A stretch of DNA of 64,000 nt, taken from the NCBI RefSeq assembly GCF_009914755.1, contig NC_060928.1; one strand, written 5' to 3'. The stretch is from the human T2T-CHM13v2.0 reference genome, Homo sapiens. Positions 15,870 to 28,200 of the stretch are shown here, one piece after another (position 1 is the stretch's first letter; each line of letters opens with the position of its first letter). A model generated the notes under the pieces. It saw only the letters and a list, made by a program, of their open reading frames with translations. It made no database searches and was not told where the DNA came from. A program made the position numbers and the translations under genes.

Positions 15870-16345
15870 AACCCTCTTTTCTGTGCCACATTTTTTCCTC
15901 TTGGAGACTTTTCTTCCTCCCAACACTTTGGAAATCTGATGGGCTGTCAATCAAGGGGAACTGCCTTCCCACCACCTGAGGAGCCATAAAACTCAGGTTG
16001 GCCAACCCGAGTACCCCATTTCCCTGACACAGTGATGGGTCCAAGAGTGGGCAAAGGAACAAAATGGGCTTTGGGAGAGGGAGGATTTCTCTCCTTCTGA
16101 CGGACCATGGCTGGAGACAATGAGCATCAGGTTTTCTGCAACATGGAAAAAGTGTCAAGAAGTGAGGGCACACTGAGGAAAGCAAAGCTGAGATATGGGC
16201 AAAGAATATCCTGATTATATCACAAGAGTGCCCTGGATTGAGCTGTGCCTGAAGCGAGACTACTCTACTACGTGAGCCAGCGCCTTTCCCTTTTGTCTTG
16301 AAGTGCTCTGAACTTGAGTTCCCTCAACCCAACAGTCTCGACCAA
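15870..16345 (+). mobile_element. Ancient MaLR/ERVL LTR (MLT1K/L-like)
   Basis: cagtgatgggtccaagagtgggca...cactgaggaaagcaaagctgagatatgg...ctggattgagctgtgcctgaagc. Confidence 0.55.
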
Positions 16346-16686
16346 TTCTCTCTCTTATAATTAGGACCATTTATTTGGCACATAAAATTATTGCAACCCA
16401 GTGAAGCTGGTTCCTCAGAATGTCTCACTTTTTTACAGAAAGATTTGACTAAACTCTGCTATATATCAGGGCCATCAGGCCAGACTCTTGGTTTCTTTCT
16501 GTATGAGTCCTTGTTTCTTTATTTTGTAAAAAAATGTTTTTCAACCTTTCTTTTTGCACACTTTTTTCTCTCCATATGGTCTATCATGCTTTGGTGCCAA
16601 AATAATTTAGACTCACATCAAATTGCTTAAGATAGCTTATGCAGAATTTCCACTGCTCTCTGGCTTTGTCTGAGCCTCCCCCTCTG

Positions 16687-16688
<2 letters not shown>

Positions 16689-16720
<32 letters not shown>
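16689..16720. repeat. (GT)16 microsatellite
   Basis: Read directly. Confidence 0.95.
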
Positions 16721-16723
<3 letters not shown>

Positions 16724-17169
16724 GTCTCCTTCCCTCACTCACTGCTCCATTTAGGAAACAGGTGTGCACAACCTCACAACCCCATTCTCCAAATGCCTCC
16801 TTCTCAGCCCAACACCTCACTTGAAGATAGCTTTTGCAGAATCAGGTGCCAAGAAAGGATCCCTCCCCTAAGGCCTCAGGGGACCCCCAGATTTAGGACA
16901 CTCCTGGGTGTTCTCTGGTGCAGTCTCTCATCTGTTTTCAAAGAGCTGGAGAGCAGGGATCTGGCTAATTCTCCTGTCACCATCTCAGGCTCTATCTTAA
17001 CTTAATCACCCTTTATCATGTGAGTACTTGCTCTAGAGCCCACAGTGGCTCCCTTGTGCTACCCACACCTAAACCAACCTCGTGCCAGAACCTGCCCTGC
17101 TTAGGCTAACTTCCTTCCTGCACGTTCTCTCTCCATCCCCCAGATTGGTGGGCTGACCCTCTCCCTGCT

Positions 17170-17530
17170 TCATAAAAAAATATCAAGCTCATTCTCCCCT
17201 CAAGACTTTTGCTCTTTGTGCTCTTCCTGTCTGGAATACCCTTCTCTCTTCTTTCTCCCTCCTCCAAATCTTACACAGCCCACTTCAAGTCCCTCCTCTT
17301 CTGTGCAACCTTCTCTGATTTTTCTAGTTCATGATTTACCCCTTTTCTGAATTGTTCCATAGTTAGGACTATACAGCTTGTTATTTAGCTGTTGCACACT
17401 TTGGTATTTGACTCTATCTTGCCCCCTTACTGAAATATGTGTTTTTTGAATTTAAGGACCATTTCTTAAGCAGGTTTTATTCCTCTCACTCCATCTCAGC
17501 ATCAAGCATGGAAACAGTTGCTCACACATT
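17170..17530 (+). mobile_element. L2 fragment
   Basis: caagacttttgctc...cctgtctggaataccct...cacttcaagtccctcctcttctgtgcaaccttctctga. Confidence 0.6.
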
Positions 17531-17544
17531 GTAGATCATAGGCG

Positions 17545-17705
17545 TCATAGGCATCATCCTGGGAATTTGTTTTAGAAATACAGATTCCCTGGATCCTCCC
17601 TTGGAGAGTCTGACTTTTAATAGGTTTGGGGCAAGATGCTTGGATCTGTGCTTTTAAAAGCCCCATGACGTAAGGCATTGCTGAAGCGAGTTTGGAAAAC
17701 AGTTT
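17545..17705. mobile_element. MER5 (hAT-Charlie MITE)
   Basis: catcctgggaatttgttttagaaatacagattccctgg...gagtttggaaaac. Confidence 0.7.
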
Positions 17706-17864
17706 GGGTGAATATATTGTCAAACCTCAAATCAAGATACTCATCTGACAAGCTCAAGTATTTTTATGACAAAAAGCCACAGGACATTTTAAATGTGTAG
17801 GGACTTGGAAATCCCAGGATGTGTGGTTCTCCTGCACTTGGTGACAGGGCTCCATTTTGGAGGT

Positions 17865-18110
17865 CATATGGTGTGATGGCTAAGAGCGTGGGCTTGGAGT
17901 CTGACAAGGGTTTGAATCCTGGTTCACTCACTCATTGTGGGACTTTGAACAATATAACCTCTCTGAACCTTTGCTTCCTCATCTGTTAAACAGAAGTAAA
18001 AATAGAAGCCACTTTCCAGGATGACTGTGAGAATTAAACAAGGTCCCATATGTAAAGCACTCAGCTCCATGCCTGGCACAGAATACATAGTTGTAACAAG
18101 TACTAGCAGG
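17865..18110 (+). mobile_element. MIR, near full length
   Basis: gggtttgaatcctggttca...acctctctgaacctttgcttcctcatctgttaaa...atgtaaagcactcagc. Confidence 0.88.
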
Positions 18111-20286
18111 TGTTAAATTATTGAAGCTGGAAAATCTGCCAGTTTGTAGGAAGTTTTTGATCCAGGAAACTCTATGTTGGTGAGGCACACTCTCTATTGC
18201 TTTTGAGAGGGAGCACTCGGGAAGACCTCTTAGTCCTAATGAAAGTGCTTACCCACCACTGGGGAGGAGGGGTCCAACATCATGAAGCAGCTGAAAGGCA
18301 GACTGAGAAGTACTCTATCTATTATGCAAATTGGGAGTACTCCCAGCACTATCTCCTTGCTGAGTTAGAGAACCTTTTCCTTCCTCAATCTGTATTTATG
18401 CAGCATCACAACTGGAAATCATTGTTTGTTTCTTGGAAGTACATGTGCCCTTGCCCTTTCTTTGCCCACAGGAGATTGAGGGGACATCCGTAGCAGAGGG
18501 ACGGAGAGCCTGGACTTTTCACTCCTAATGTCAGAGGAAAAACTATGACCAGGACTTAGCCTGGGCCAGGATGTTGTGACCACCATATGGTGTCATTTAA
18601 GACCAGCAAACCCAGGCTTTAGAAATGCATTACCTGTGTCTTATATGAGGCAGGGGGACAAGCCCAGCAGGTGGAATGGGGCTTTGCATGCAAGCAATAG
18701 ATCAGCAGATCAATGGATCAATGGGCCAGTGAATCACTTGCTGAATGGGTTTCTCCTACAGGCCGTGAATACTCCCATGGGTCAAGAAAAGAACAGGGTC
18801 TTAGTTTGGGCAGACGGAAGTTTTCCTCCCCTCTTAGGGACCAACAGGCACTTGGATCTGTACTATGAGAGGACAAGAAGCCTGGAAAATGTCATTCTGA
18901 GGGAGGTTCATGGCCTCTGGTACCATTTTCGAGACATGGGTTCAAAGGTTCTGTGTCACATGGCATTCTGCCAGGGAGGTGGGAACTCTCAGCTCAAGCA
19001 GTAGGTGAAAAGCCCTCTCTTGTTTAAGCTTCAGTTTCCATAATTTTTGACAGGATCTCATGGGAAGAATTTAGTGGCAGAAATAACTTAGCAGAGATCA
19101 TCCCTTCCTGGGGTGGGAGTCTTAGTGGCAGTTACCAGCAGAAAAGCTAATGGGGTAACCCGAGAAATCTTCCTGGAGGAGGAGATGTTGGCTGAATCAT
19201 CGATCAGCTCATATCACTGAGCCAAATGCTTGTCATTGGCTTTGGGGGGGCAACGTAGGACCCACAGTTCCCCTCATCATCCTCAGAGTTGACACTCCCC
19301 AGTGCCTCACAGAGATGATTTCAGGGTTCAGAAATTCTGACTCCCAACCCCCTTGGGTCCACTTCCCCTCTTATCATGCAGGCCATCTCCCCGGTCTTGG
19401 CTTACCCTGTGACCACACTGCATTCTCCTTCCACATGCCCTGACACACGCTCTGAAATGCCAGGGTTCTCATGAGTCCAGCCTGCCAGGAGCAAGGCTTG
19501 CCAAAGCTGTGTCCCAGCCAAGCGGGTGGCCTGCGGAGTGAGCCATAGGACTGCATTCAGCCCAGTTCCAAGCTGGAAGGTGAGGGCAGCCTCCCAACTA
19601 TTTCTTCCAACCTCAGAAACGATTCAGTGCTGGCAGTTCACACGAGGTCCCCCTGACATCTCCAGTCAGGAATGCAACTTGCTGTGGATTCTGAGGCAAA
19701 GAGAAGACCATTAGGAAGGAGGGAAGTCATTAGCAGATGGGATGACCGGCATGCATGAGAGACACATCTGCCTTTCCCTGAGGTGCCCAGGGGCTTGTGT
19801 GTGGAGCCTTCTGGGACTCTCTGACCACTTGAGACCCAGAAGATCAAAGGTCTGGTAGCCACGGCCCGCTTTGAATCCATAATTCCTTGCCTCTCACAAA
19901 TGAAGGGAAGAAAAGTTGTCAGGAGGCAAAGCTGTAGCTAGCAGTTTGGCCAACATGCATGGATTGTAAACATTATTTAGTAAAAGCCTTCAAGGATGGA
20001 AGAGAGGAGTCAGGAACTCTATTCTTGACCATCTCAAAGCACTCTTGACCTCAAGGGAACTCCTGCTGCAGACTCCCTGCCCTTAACCTTCAGTCTTGCT
20101 CCATACATTTTTGTATCCTCTAACACGCCCCTGATGTGGCCTGGCTGACAATTTCTGCTGGCTGCTACCCCCCAAACCAGGGCTGGCTTGGCTCAATACA
20201 CAGAGGGCACTCTGGGTTCTAGAGCATGTATTGGCTGGATATATAGTATATATAGTGATCCCACTGGTGGGTAGAGGGTACTCGAG

Positions 20287-20450
20287 CAGTGCTTCTCAAA
20301 CTTTCATGTGCCTAGATTTATCTGGGGCTCTTGTTGAAGTGCAGATTCTGATTGAGTAATTTTGGGTGGGCCCAAGATTCTGCCCTTCTAGGAAGCCCAC
20401 AGTTGAGGTTAATACTTCCAGTCCACGACTATACTTGGAAAAAGAAAGTG
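20287..20450. mobile_element. MER5A-like
   Basis: cagtgcttctcaaacttt...gcagattctgattgagta...gggcccaagattctgc. Confidence 0.75.
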
Positions 20451-20778
20451 CTAGAAGGCTCAGCAGCTACTGCTGTGAGATCAGGACTTGCAATTCTTGT
20501 ACAGAGGTCCAAATAGCACCCTCATTAAAAAGACCAGATGCCTCCCTGCCCTCATAGCTGCAGTCACTTAGCCCCCACCAGAAGGCCCAACTCCTCCCCA
20601 AACTCAGGTACCCAATATCTTGAGAGATACAAAGGGGCTGTGGGGGTTGTTATTCCCCCTCTATCCACTTCACCCTCCTATTCTCAGTGTTAGATTCTCC
20701 TCTACAACCTCCCAGCTTCCTGGGTTGACCAGCCTCTCTGCTTCACCCTCCAGTGCCAGGCCACAACCTGCCTGCTGG

Positions 20779-21147
20779 TGCTATGGGATGAATGTGCATC
20801 CCCCAAAGTCATATATTGAAGCTCTAATCCCCAATGACTGTGATGATGTTAAAAGGTGGGGTCTTTGGGAGGTAATTAGGTTTACATGAAGTCATGAGAG
20901 TGGAACCCCTATTCTGAAATTAGTGCCCTTATAAGAAAAGAAGGAGACCTTCTCTCTCTGACATGTGAGGACACAGCAAGAAGGTGGTCATCTGCAAGCC
21001 AGAAAGAGAGTCCTTACCAGAAAACTGAATCAGCAGGCACCTTGATCTTGGACTTCCCAGCCTCCAGAATTGTGAGAAACTAATGTTTGTTGTTTAAGCC
21101 ACACAGTCTATGGTATTCTGTTATAGCAGGCTGAGCTGACTAGGATG
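20779..21147 (+). mobile_element. MLT1A (MaLR) solo LTR
   Basis: tgctatgggatgaatgtgcatcccccaaagtcatatattgaa...ttggacttcccagcctccagaattgtgagaaa...ttatagcagg. Confidence 0.9.
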
Positions 21148-21577
21148 CTTGGAGTGCCTGGTCCCTTCATGGGCAGCACTAATTAATGAACACAGAGTTC
21201 TCCTCATTCCTGCAAGACTACCAGTGCCTCCTTTTCTGGCCCCGGCTAGAAAGAGCAATCTCTGCCTTTTCCATGCTGCTACTATTACCTGGAACATATA
21301 ACCATAATATTAGTCACGGTGTGATTGCGATTCTGCATCTACATAATTGTCACTTCTGCTATCCTTGAGGGAGGAAATAATAATGCAGAGCTGAGCACAT
21401 AATGTATATTCATTGAATCAATGATGCTGTTATTCCTGGTCCCTCTTCCTTGGGAGGCCCCTCCCTCAAATCCTTGGAGACAGTCACTATGTCTATCCTG
21501 TAGGGGACTTTTCTAGTTTAATAGCTCCAGTTTCTCCAACCCCAACCAACTTCTCCATTTAGAAGTGTTTAAGACAC

Positions 21578-21743
21578 TAATTCTCAAGTTTGGCTGCTTG
21601 TTGAAATTAACAGGGGAGTTTTAAAAATACTGAGTCTAACCCTCAGAGATTCTGATTTATTTGGTTTGGAGTGTGACCTGGCCATCGGGATTTTTTTTAA
21701 AAAACCCAATGCTGCTAATATGCAGCTAGGTTTGAGAGCCACT
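21578..21743. mobile_element. MER5A-like
   Basis: ttctcaagtttggctgc...cagagattctgatttatttggtttggagtg...ggtttgagagccact. Confidence 0.75.
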
Positions 21744-22065
21744 TGGAGTCAGGAATTTTAGGTTCCTACCCAGCACTTTAGTCTCCAGACAGCAATGCTG
21801 TCCGGCCTGTTCTAATCATAGGTCCCCCAGTGTGAGTGAACAAGCTCTTGCCTTGATCTTGAAACTAGTTCTTTCTATGAAGAGAAGGCACAGGGCTACA
21901 CTAGCAAGGGACCAGAGGCTGGCATGAGACAGACCCACCATTTAAATAGGCATGACTCGAAGCAATTGTCTCCACCTCTCTAAGCCTTCGTTTCCTTACC
22001 AATAAAATGGGATCATGGTGTAGTCAGTTTCTACTGGATAACAAACCACCCCAAAACTTAGTGGC

Positions 22066-22419
22066 TGCGTTAGTCCATTTTCACACTGCTGATAAAGACA
22101 TACCCAAGACTGGGCAATTTACAAAAGACAGAGGTTTAATTGGACTTACACTTCCACATGGCTGGGGAAGCCTCACAATCATGGTGGAAGGCAAGGAAGA
22201 GCAAGTCACGTCTTACGTGGATGGCAGCAGGCAAAGAGAGCTTGTACAGGAAACCTCCCCCTTACAATAACCGTCAGCTCTCATGAGACTTATTTGCTAT
22301 CATGAGAACAGCACAGGAAAGATCTGCCCCCGTGATTCAATTACCTCCCACCAGGTGCCTCCCACAACACATGGGAATTCAAGATGAGATGTGGGTGGGG
22401 ACATAGCCAAACCATATCA
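22066..22419 (-). mobile_element. THE1B-like solo LTR
   Basis: ttagtccattttcacactgctgataaagacatacccaagactggg...ccaaaccatatca; perfect 5-bp TSD gtggc at 22061-22065 and 22420-22424. Confidence 0.95.
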
Positions 22420-22712
22420 GTGGCTAAAAGCACAAACATTTATTCTTTCACACAATTCTGTGGGACGGCTGGACAGTTCTGGTCTGGATGGACTCACCTG
22501 GAGCTAGATGGTCTAGGAGGGCCTCCTGCAGATGTCTGGCCATTGGCTTGACATCAGCTGGGGTGACACAGATGGCTTGGCTGGTGTCTGTGTCTCTCAT
22601 CATCAGGCAGGCCATCTCAAGCTTGTTCATCTGGAGGTCACCAGGTTCTGAGGGAGTGAGCCTCAAGATACTTTTCAAGCCTGTTTGCTAATGTTCCATT
22701 GGCCAAAGCTAG

Positions 22713-23276
22713 CATAGGGACCAAGGGGAAACTTCCCTTTCACTCTCTTGAGGCCTGCTGAAAATCAACTGACAAAGAAGGCAGATTAATAGGAGAAAAG
22801 ACATACAAAATTTATTTTAATGTGCACAGCATGAGGGAATTGCAGAATATTACTCAGTATCTCCATGTGGTCCAGATTCTTATATAACTTTCTCCATAAG
22901 GAAGGGGGGAGATGGGAAATGTTGGTAATTCTTTTGAGGAGCAGTAAATGATTATTAGGGAGAATGAATGGACCCAGGAGACTGAAATTCAATTGTAAAT
23001 TATTCTGTTTGGAATCTAAACAAACCTGAGAGACAGATATTATCTTATAAAAAGGTCTGTCCAGTTGTTGTTACATTACTCAGTCTTTGTTTCTTGATAG
23101 ATAATGAGATTTCAGGGATGGGACGGGAAGCAATTGTTCCACTTGGTGGGTCAAGTCTTCATGCAGCTAAGGGAAAAGCCTCCTCCAGCATCCACTGGTC
23201 TCCAATGGCCTTGAATTTGAAATATTCATCATACCAGGATGCCATATTTTGGGGTGAAATTCTCTGGGCGTCTTCA
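22713..23276 (-). mobile_element. ERV1 MER34/MER39-group solo LTR
   Basis: Reverse complement starts tgaagacgcccagagaatttcaccccaaaatatggc; ggcagattaataggagaaaagacatacaaaatttatt near the other end. Confidence 0.75.
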
Positions 23277-23339
23277 TTTGTCAAGGCCAGCCCAGAGCCA
23301 TGTTTGTTGCAGATGTTTCCCTGCAAGTCATGCCATTAA

Positions 23340-23510
23340 TTCATTGATTTCTCCTAGAGATTAATTCATTCATTCATGTATTCATCATAGAGGTGCTGGG
23401 TGTCTGCTACATGCCAGGCATTGTACCAGGTGCAATGAATTTTGAAACAAGCAAAAATAGACCCTTACTCCCAGGAGTTTTATCATCCACTGGGAGGGGC
23501 ATGCAGGTAA
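23340..23510 (-). mobile_element. L2 3' end
   Basis: attcattcattcatgtattca...tgctacatgccaggcattgtaccaggtgc. Confidence 0.7.
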
Positions 23511-24158
23511 ATAGAACCCAGAAGTCAACTTGAACTTCAGATTTGTATTTGCATGTGTTTTCTCTGCTTTTGCCCGTTTCAACTTGCACACAGAAATCCT
23601 TCTCTTTAGAGTTCCGCATCAGACAAATGTGTCTGTAAGCAATATAGACTTTATGGGCAGCTTCGCAGGGGAAACAAGAAAAGGTAATATGGTACCCAGC
23701 ACATCAATGGGCCATCGGGTCAAACAACCAGTCAGATGTTTCTGTTCTTCCAAAGTAAAGGTGTCCGAACTCTCTCTTGGAGGAGCCCCACCTTCAATAG
23801 TTCCCTCTCTCCCCTTCCCAGAACCTCCTTCAGAAGTACACCCCTCTCCTCTCTGTTATGCAAAGCAAAGCAGCTCTCTCCTGGCTCCCCCACATCAAAA
23901 CATTTCTTCTCCAATTTACAAAATTAGATCCACCCTGCTTAGAAGTCAGGGTTGGAACCATCTTGTGCTATTCAATCAGGCACTTTGAGATCTTATCTCT
24001 TGCCTCCTGTCACCCAAAACAATTTATCAAATTGTTTATTCCAGCGTTCTCCCCAAGAAGATGTTTTGGAGTAAAAATTTTCTCCATCTTCTTCCGTTTA
24101 CAACTATGTCTAAAATCAAGCATGTTGAATTTTGTGCAAGAGCAACAGGAAGGACTAA

Positions 24159-24225
24159 TTTTTTTTTTTTTTTTTTTTTTTTTGAGGCAGGGTCTCAATC
24201 TGTTGCCCAGGCTGGAATGCAGTGA
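24159..24225 (-). mobile_element. Alu 3' tail fragment (AluJ-like)
   Basis: Poly(T) then gaggcagggtctcaatctgttgcccaggctggaatgcagtg, abruptly joined to MER41 sequence. Confidence 0.88.
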
Positions 24226-24933
24226 CAAAAATGACCTCTGGTTGTCCTCACTGCTTATTATATACCAATTATAATGCCTTAGCAAGCAAAAGACACACCC
24301 ACGAATGTCACGACAGTTTACAAATGCCATGGCAACATCAGGAAGTTACCCTATATGGTCTAAAACGGAGAAGAACACTCAGTTCCAGGACTTGCCCACT
24401 CCTTCCCCAGAAAACTCATGAGTAATCCACCCCTTGTTTAGTATATAATGAAGAAATAACCATAAGTATACTCAGTCAAGCAGCCCACACCACTGCTCTG
24501 CCTATGGAGTAGCCATTATCTGTTTGCTTTCTTAATAAACGTGCTTTCACTTTACTCTATGGACCCGCCCCAAATTCTTTCTTTTTTTTTTTTTTTTTTT
24601 TGAGATGAAATCTTGCTGTCGCCTAGGCTGGAGCACAGTGTCGTGATCTCGGCTCACTGCAACCTCCACCTCCAGGTTCAAGCAATTCTCCCTGCCTCAG
24701 CCTCCCAAGTAGCTGCGGTTACAGGCACCCACTGCCACTCCTGGCTAATTTTTGTATCTTTAGTGGAGACGGGTCATGTTGGCCAGGCTGGTCTTGAAAT
24801 CCTGGACTGAAGTTATCTGCCCACCTTGGCCTCCCAAAGTGCTGGGATTACAGGCATTAGCCACTGCACCCAGCTCCCAAATTTGTTCAGGAACCCTCTT
24901 TTGGGGTCTACACTGGGACCTCTTCTGGTAACA
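24226..24933 (+). mobile_element. MER41B-like ERV1 LTR, 3' portion, split by an Alu
   Basis: gacagtttacaaatgccatggcaacatcaggaagttaccctatatggtctaaaa...ctgctctgcctatggagtagccatt...cttaataaac...ggtaaca. Confidence 0.88.
24580..24875 (-). mobile_element. AluS inserted in MER41
   Basis: Antisense dimer; cccaaatt duplicated at flanks. Confidence 0.93.
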
Positions 24934-25522
24934 TTATCATAAGTGCCTTTTCTAGTTAGCTAACAGGAGGATAAAACAGGCCAAGCCTTCACCTATTCAC
25001 GGCACATAGAACAAGAAAGAAAAAACAGTGGCCGTACAGTCTCCATTGTTCCCCCCAAATGTCTGTATGTCATTTATTACCTTGGTTTTGTTTGGCAGGG
25101 ATGTTGTTGTTGCCTTTCACATGCTTTCGATCTAGACTAATCTCGGCACTCAGATGTCCCTTTGGCCTCACAGAGTAGGATGCCTGGAATCAGAACAAGC
25201 CGTGGAGTGCAAAGAAATTCCTCAGTCATGACTACATTATTTTGTTCTTCGTATCAAAAGCAAGCTAGGTGAGAGAATTCATTCATCTTTTACCACACTG
25301 CGAGGGACAGAGGCAATTTTTCTCCCAGGATTCAGGACTAAAGTAGATGATCTTCTGGACTTCTCTGTGACATTTCACTGAAATTGCATTTCACCGAAAA
25401 CAAACAAGCAAACAAAAATCTTCCTTTTGAGAAGATAATCCCCAGAAGTTAAAAGAAAGAGTAGTAGTCCAGTTGGAAGTTGCAAAAAAATGTAAGTACA
25501 CATGTCATTTGAAGGGGTGCTT

Positions 25523-25551
25523 GTGTATGTGTGTGTGTGTGTGTGTGTGTG
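25523..25551. repeat. (TG)n microsatellite
   Basis: Read directly. Confidence 0.9.
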
Positions 25552-26030
25552 GACTCTTTCAGTTGCAAGATAGAGCAACTCAACTACAAGTGGCTTAAAC
25601 AAAATGGGGGTTTTATTTGTATTATAGAAAAGTCCAAGATAGATCAGTCTTCAGTCATGGCTGGATCCAGGTGCTCAGATGATGTCATATGAGTTCTTAT
25701 CCCTCTCCCTCACTCATCTCTGGTTCAACATGACCACCAGCAGCCCCAGACTTACATTCTGCCAGCTAGACACATCCCTGGGGGAATGTGTGCTTCTTTC
25801 CCAGAAGTCTTTTTAAAAGTTCCAGGTTTGCATCTCAATAGCCCAAATTGGATTTAGTGTCCATCCCTACACCAATATGGGTGCCTCCAATTGGCCAGGC
25901 CTTGATCACACACTCCTGAAGCAGCGTGGGTTAAGGCAGACTCCAACCAAACTACATGGACTTTAAAAAAAAAAAAAAAAAGGATGATATTACCAGAAAG
26001 GAAAATGGTTTGGCAACAGCAAAGGATGCC
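25551..26030 (-). mobile_element. MLT1K/L-like LTR
   Basis: ggactctttcagttgcaag...tggcttaaacaaaatgggg...tggctggatccaggtgctca...aacatgaccaccagcagccccagacttacatt. Confidence 0.7.
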
Positions 26031-27852
26031 TGTTACAGTGGAATGTGTATGTAATGGTGAAATAAATAAGAGGAAGAAAAGAAAGGCAGCTGGTAGGATG
26101 CTGGCAGAGGGCAATGAGCAGGTCTGTCCTAAGTGAACTCGGGTCGGCAGGCTTAGTTCTCAAACCGGTTGCCTTGATTAATGGTAAAAACAATAACATT
26201 TCAAGACCTGAAACACATCTCCTTAAATTTCATCAAAGTGTCCAGTAAGTGCTGATGTTTACGGATGTCACCGTCACCCAGGGTTGCTGTTTCCCCTGGA
26301 CAGCCGGGTAAGCAGGCAGCTGTCTATCAGGACTAAATGAAAGAGGTTCGAAAGCCAATGCAGAAAAGTCGAGAACTTGGCTTGTGCAGTGCATCATAAA
26401 GGAAGGAGGGAAGAGGGAGAAGCCTTGGCAATTTGTTTTTAATATTTTTGCTTGTTTTGGATGCCACGAAAGCCTCATATATTGGCTTTTGACTAATAAA
26501 AACAGAGGAGAAGCCAGGCTGGAAACCTGGCTGTGTTTCCGTGCACAATTAGGTTTGTTTGTTTAGGTCTCTTTTTATTTGTTTTCAGATGACTCAGATA
26601 TGAATACTGCAGGCCTTTCAAAGTGAAGTGTTCATATGTGTATTTTAGGTCTAGGGCTTCGCCAAGTGCAGAAAGACTTGGCTCCCTGAGGTTATTTTCC
26701 TATCCAGGGGTTTTTCAAACTTTCAAGTGGAGCTGAAGAATGCTGCTGCAAGCCAGGTTCTTTTTCTTAGCAGATCCCAGCTTGGGGTTGTAGGGGGGAC
26801 AGGGATTGCAAACATACAAACACAAAAATCCCCAAACAGTGCACAAGGGCACCCATTGTGCTGATCCCGGCACTGCCTCTCCCTGATGGCTTTACCATCT
26901 GCATACTTCCGTCCTCTCTGGAAACCTCTTCACGAGTCTGCCTCCCTTTCACCAGACAACCAAGTCCAGAGGTGGACTCTCCTTTCCTCTCTCTCTGGAT
27001 CTGTGTATAAACTGTTCTGCTTTCAAGATTCTCCTTTTTCATCGCTATAATTTGGAGTCTGAAGCCTCCTATAAAATGCAGAGATATTTACAATCTGGGA
27101 AGCTGCCAAGCATCTGGCTGAGCTCCTACCCCTAAGGGTGGTGTCTCCTGCAGGAATGGTTTGCTTCTGGCCAGTTGACCCAGCTTCCAGGGCCCTGGGA
27201 AGGGTCTAGGGAGAGGTTGAGCAGTAGTCTTTCTCCCCAGGATGAGCAGGATGCAAACCAGGCAATGATGAAGACCACTCTGGTCTCCTTTCTTGGAGAT
27301 GAGACTTCTTTCCAGTATCCCTGCCTCTGCATTGATGAATCAGAGAATAGGGACAGCCTGAAGTGGTCCCAGCTGTGTTCAAATACTCAGGATCTATATA
27401 GGCACCAGAAGCAGGTTTCCTAAGCTCCCTGGAAGCTGGTCACAGCCTAAGAGTCTCTGACAGCCTCCCTAGCTCACAGACCACGTGAAACGGAAGACAC
27501 TGACCAATGCATTAGCCAGAGAAGCACTTTCCTACGTTATTCACTCCAGCAAAACGTCTGGTAGCCAAGATTGCATTTTTCAATGCTCCTCTCCCTCTGA
27601 ATTTGCCCCTCAACTCTTCTGCTTTTAAGACGCTCCTCTTTCAGTGTTGCAGCATAGAGGCTGACGCATCTGAAACTTTTAGGAGAAAGATTTATTCTGT
27701 CAGAATTCACATATTTCAGGAATGTCTTTTTCTTCCCCAAACCACTGTCTTCCAGAACTGTATCCTGGGGTCAAAGAAAAAATCGGTCCAATCTTGCACC
27801 TTCCACACCTACACTGCTGTGTCAGCACAGGCAGTGATTGGAATAATGGCCC

Positions 27853-28200
27853 TGTGTCATCTCAGCAGACACTGAGATAAGGATTTGAGTGCAAACAGTT
27901 TAGTCGAGCGGCGAGCCCAGGAAGCAACTCAGTGGGGAGATGACCCTGGGCGACTGGACCTCAATCCTGCTGGGGACCCTCTAAGAGGAGGAACAGTGGA
28001 ATATGCCCGTGATTGTCCCACTGAGGGACAAGGAAGCTGGCTCTTAATGGTTGAGGGTTGATCTTGGCATCTTAACTCCTGGGCACTTCCAAGTACACTG
28101 CCAGTCAGGGAACATCTTCAGGCAGAAGAGATGTAGAACTTTCCAGAGGCCACTTCCAGGGTAGGCTGAGGGGATTTGGGAAGGGCACCAGCCATGTCTA
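27853..28200 (-). mobile_element. LTR16-like ERVL LTR
   Basis: agcagacactgagataaggatttgagtgcaaa...ctcaatcctgctggggaccctct...gagggacaaggaagctgg. Confidence 0.75.

Larger units (their letters stand above)
22019..23305 (-). mobile_element. MLT1 (F/G/H-like) LTR hosting THE1 and MER34-group insertions
   Basis: taacaaaccaccccaaaacttagtggc|THE1|taaaagcacaaacatttattc...ccattggccaaagc|LTR|aaggccagcccaga. Confidence 0.75.
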
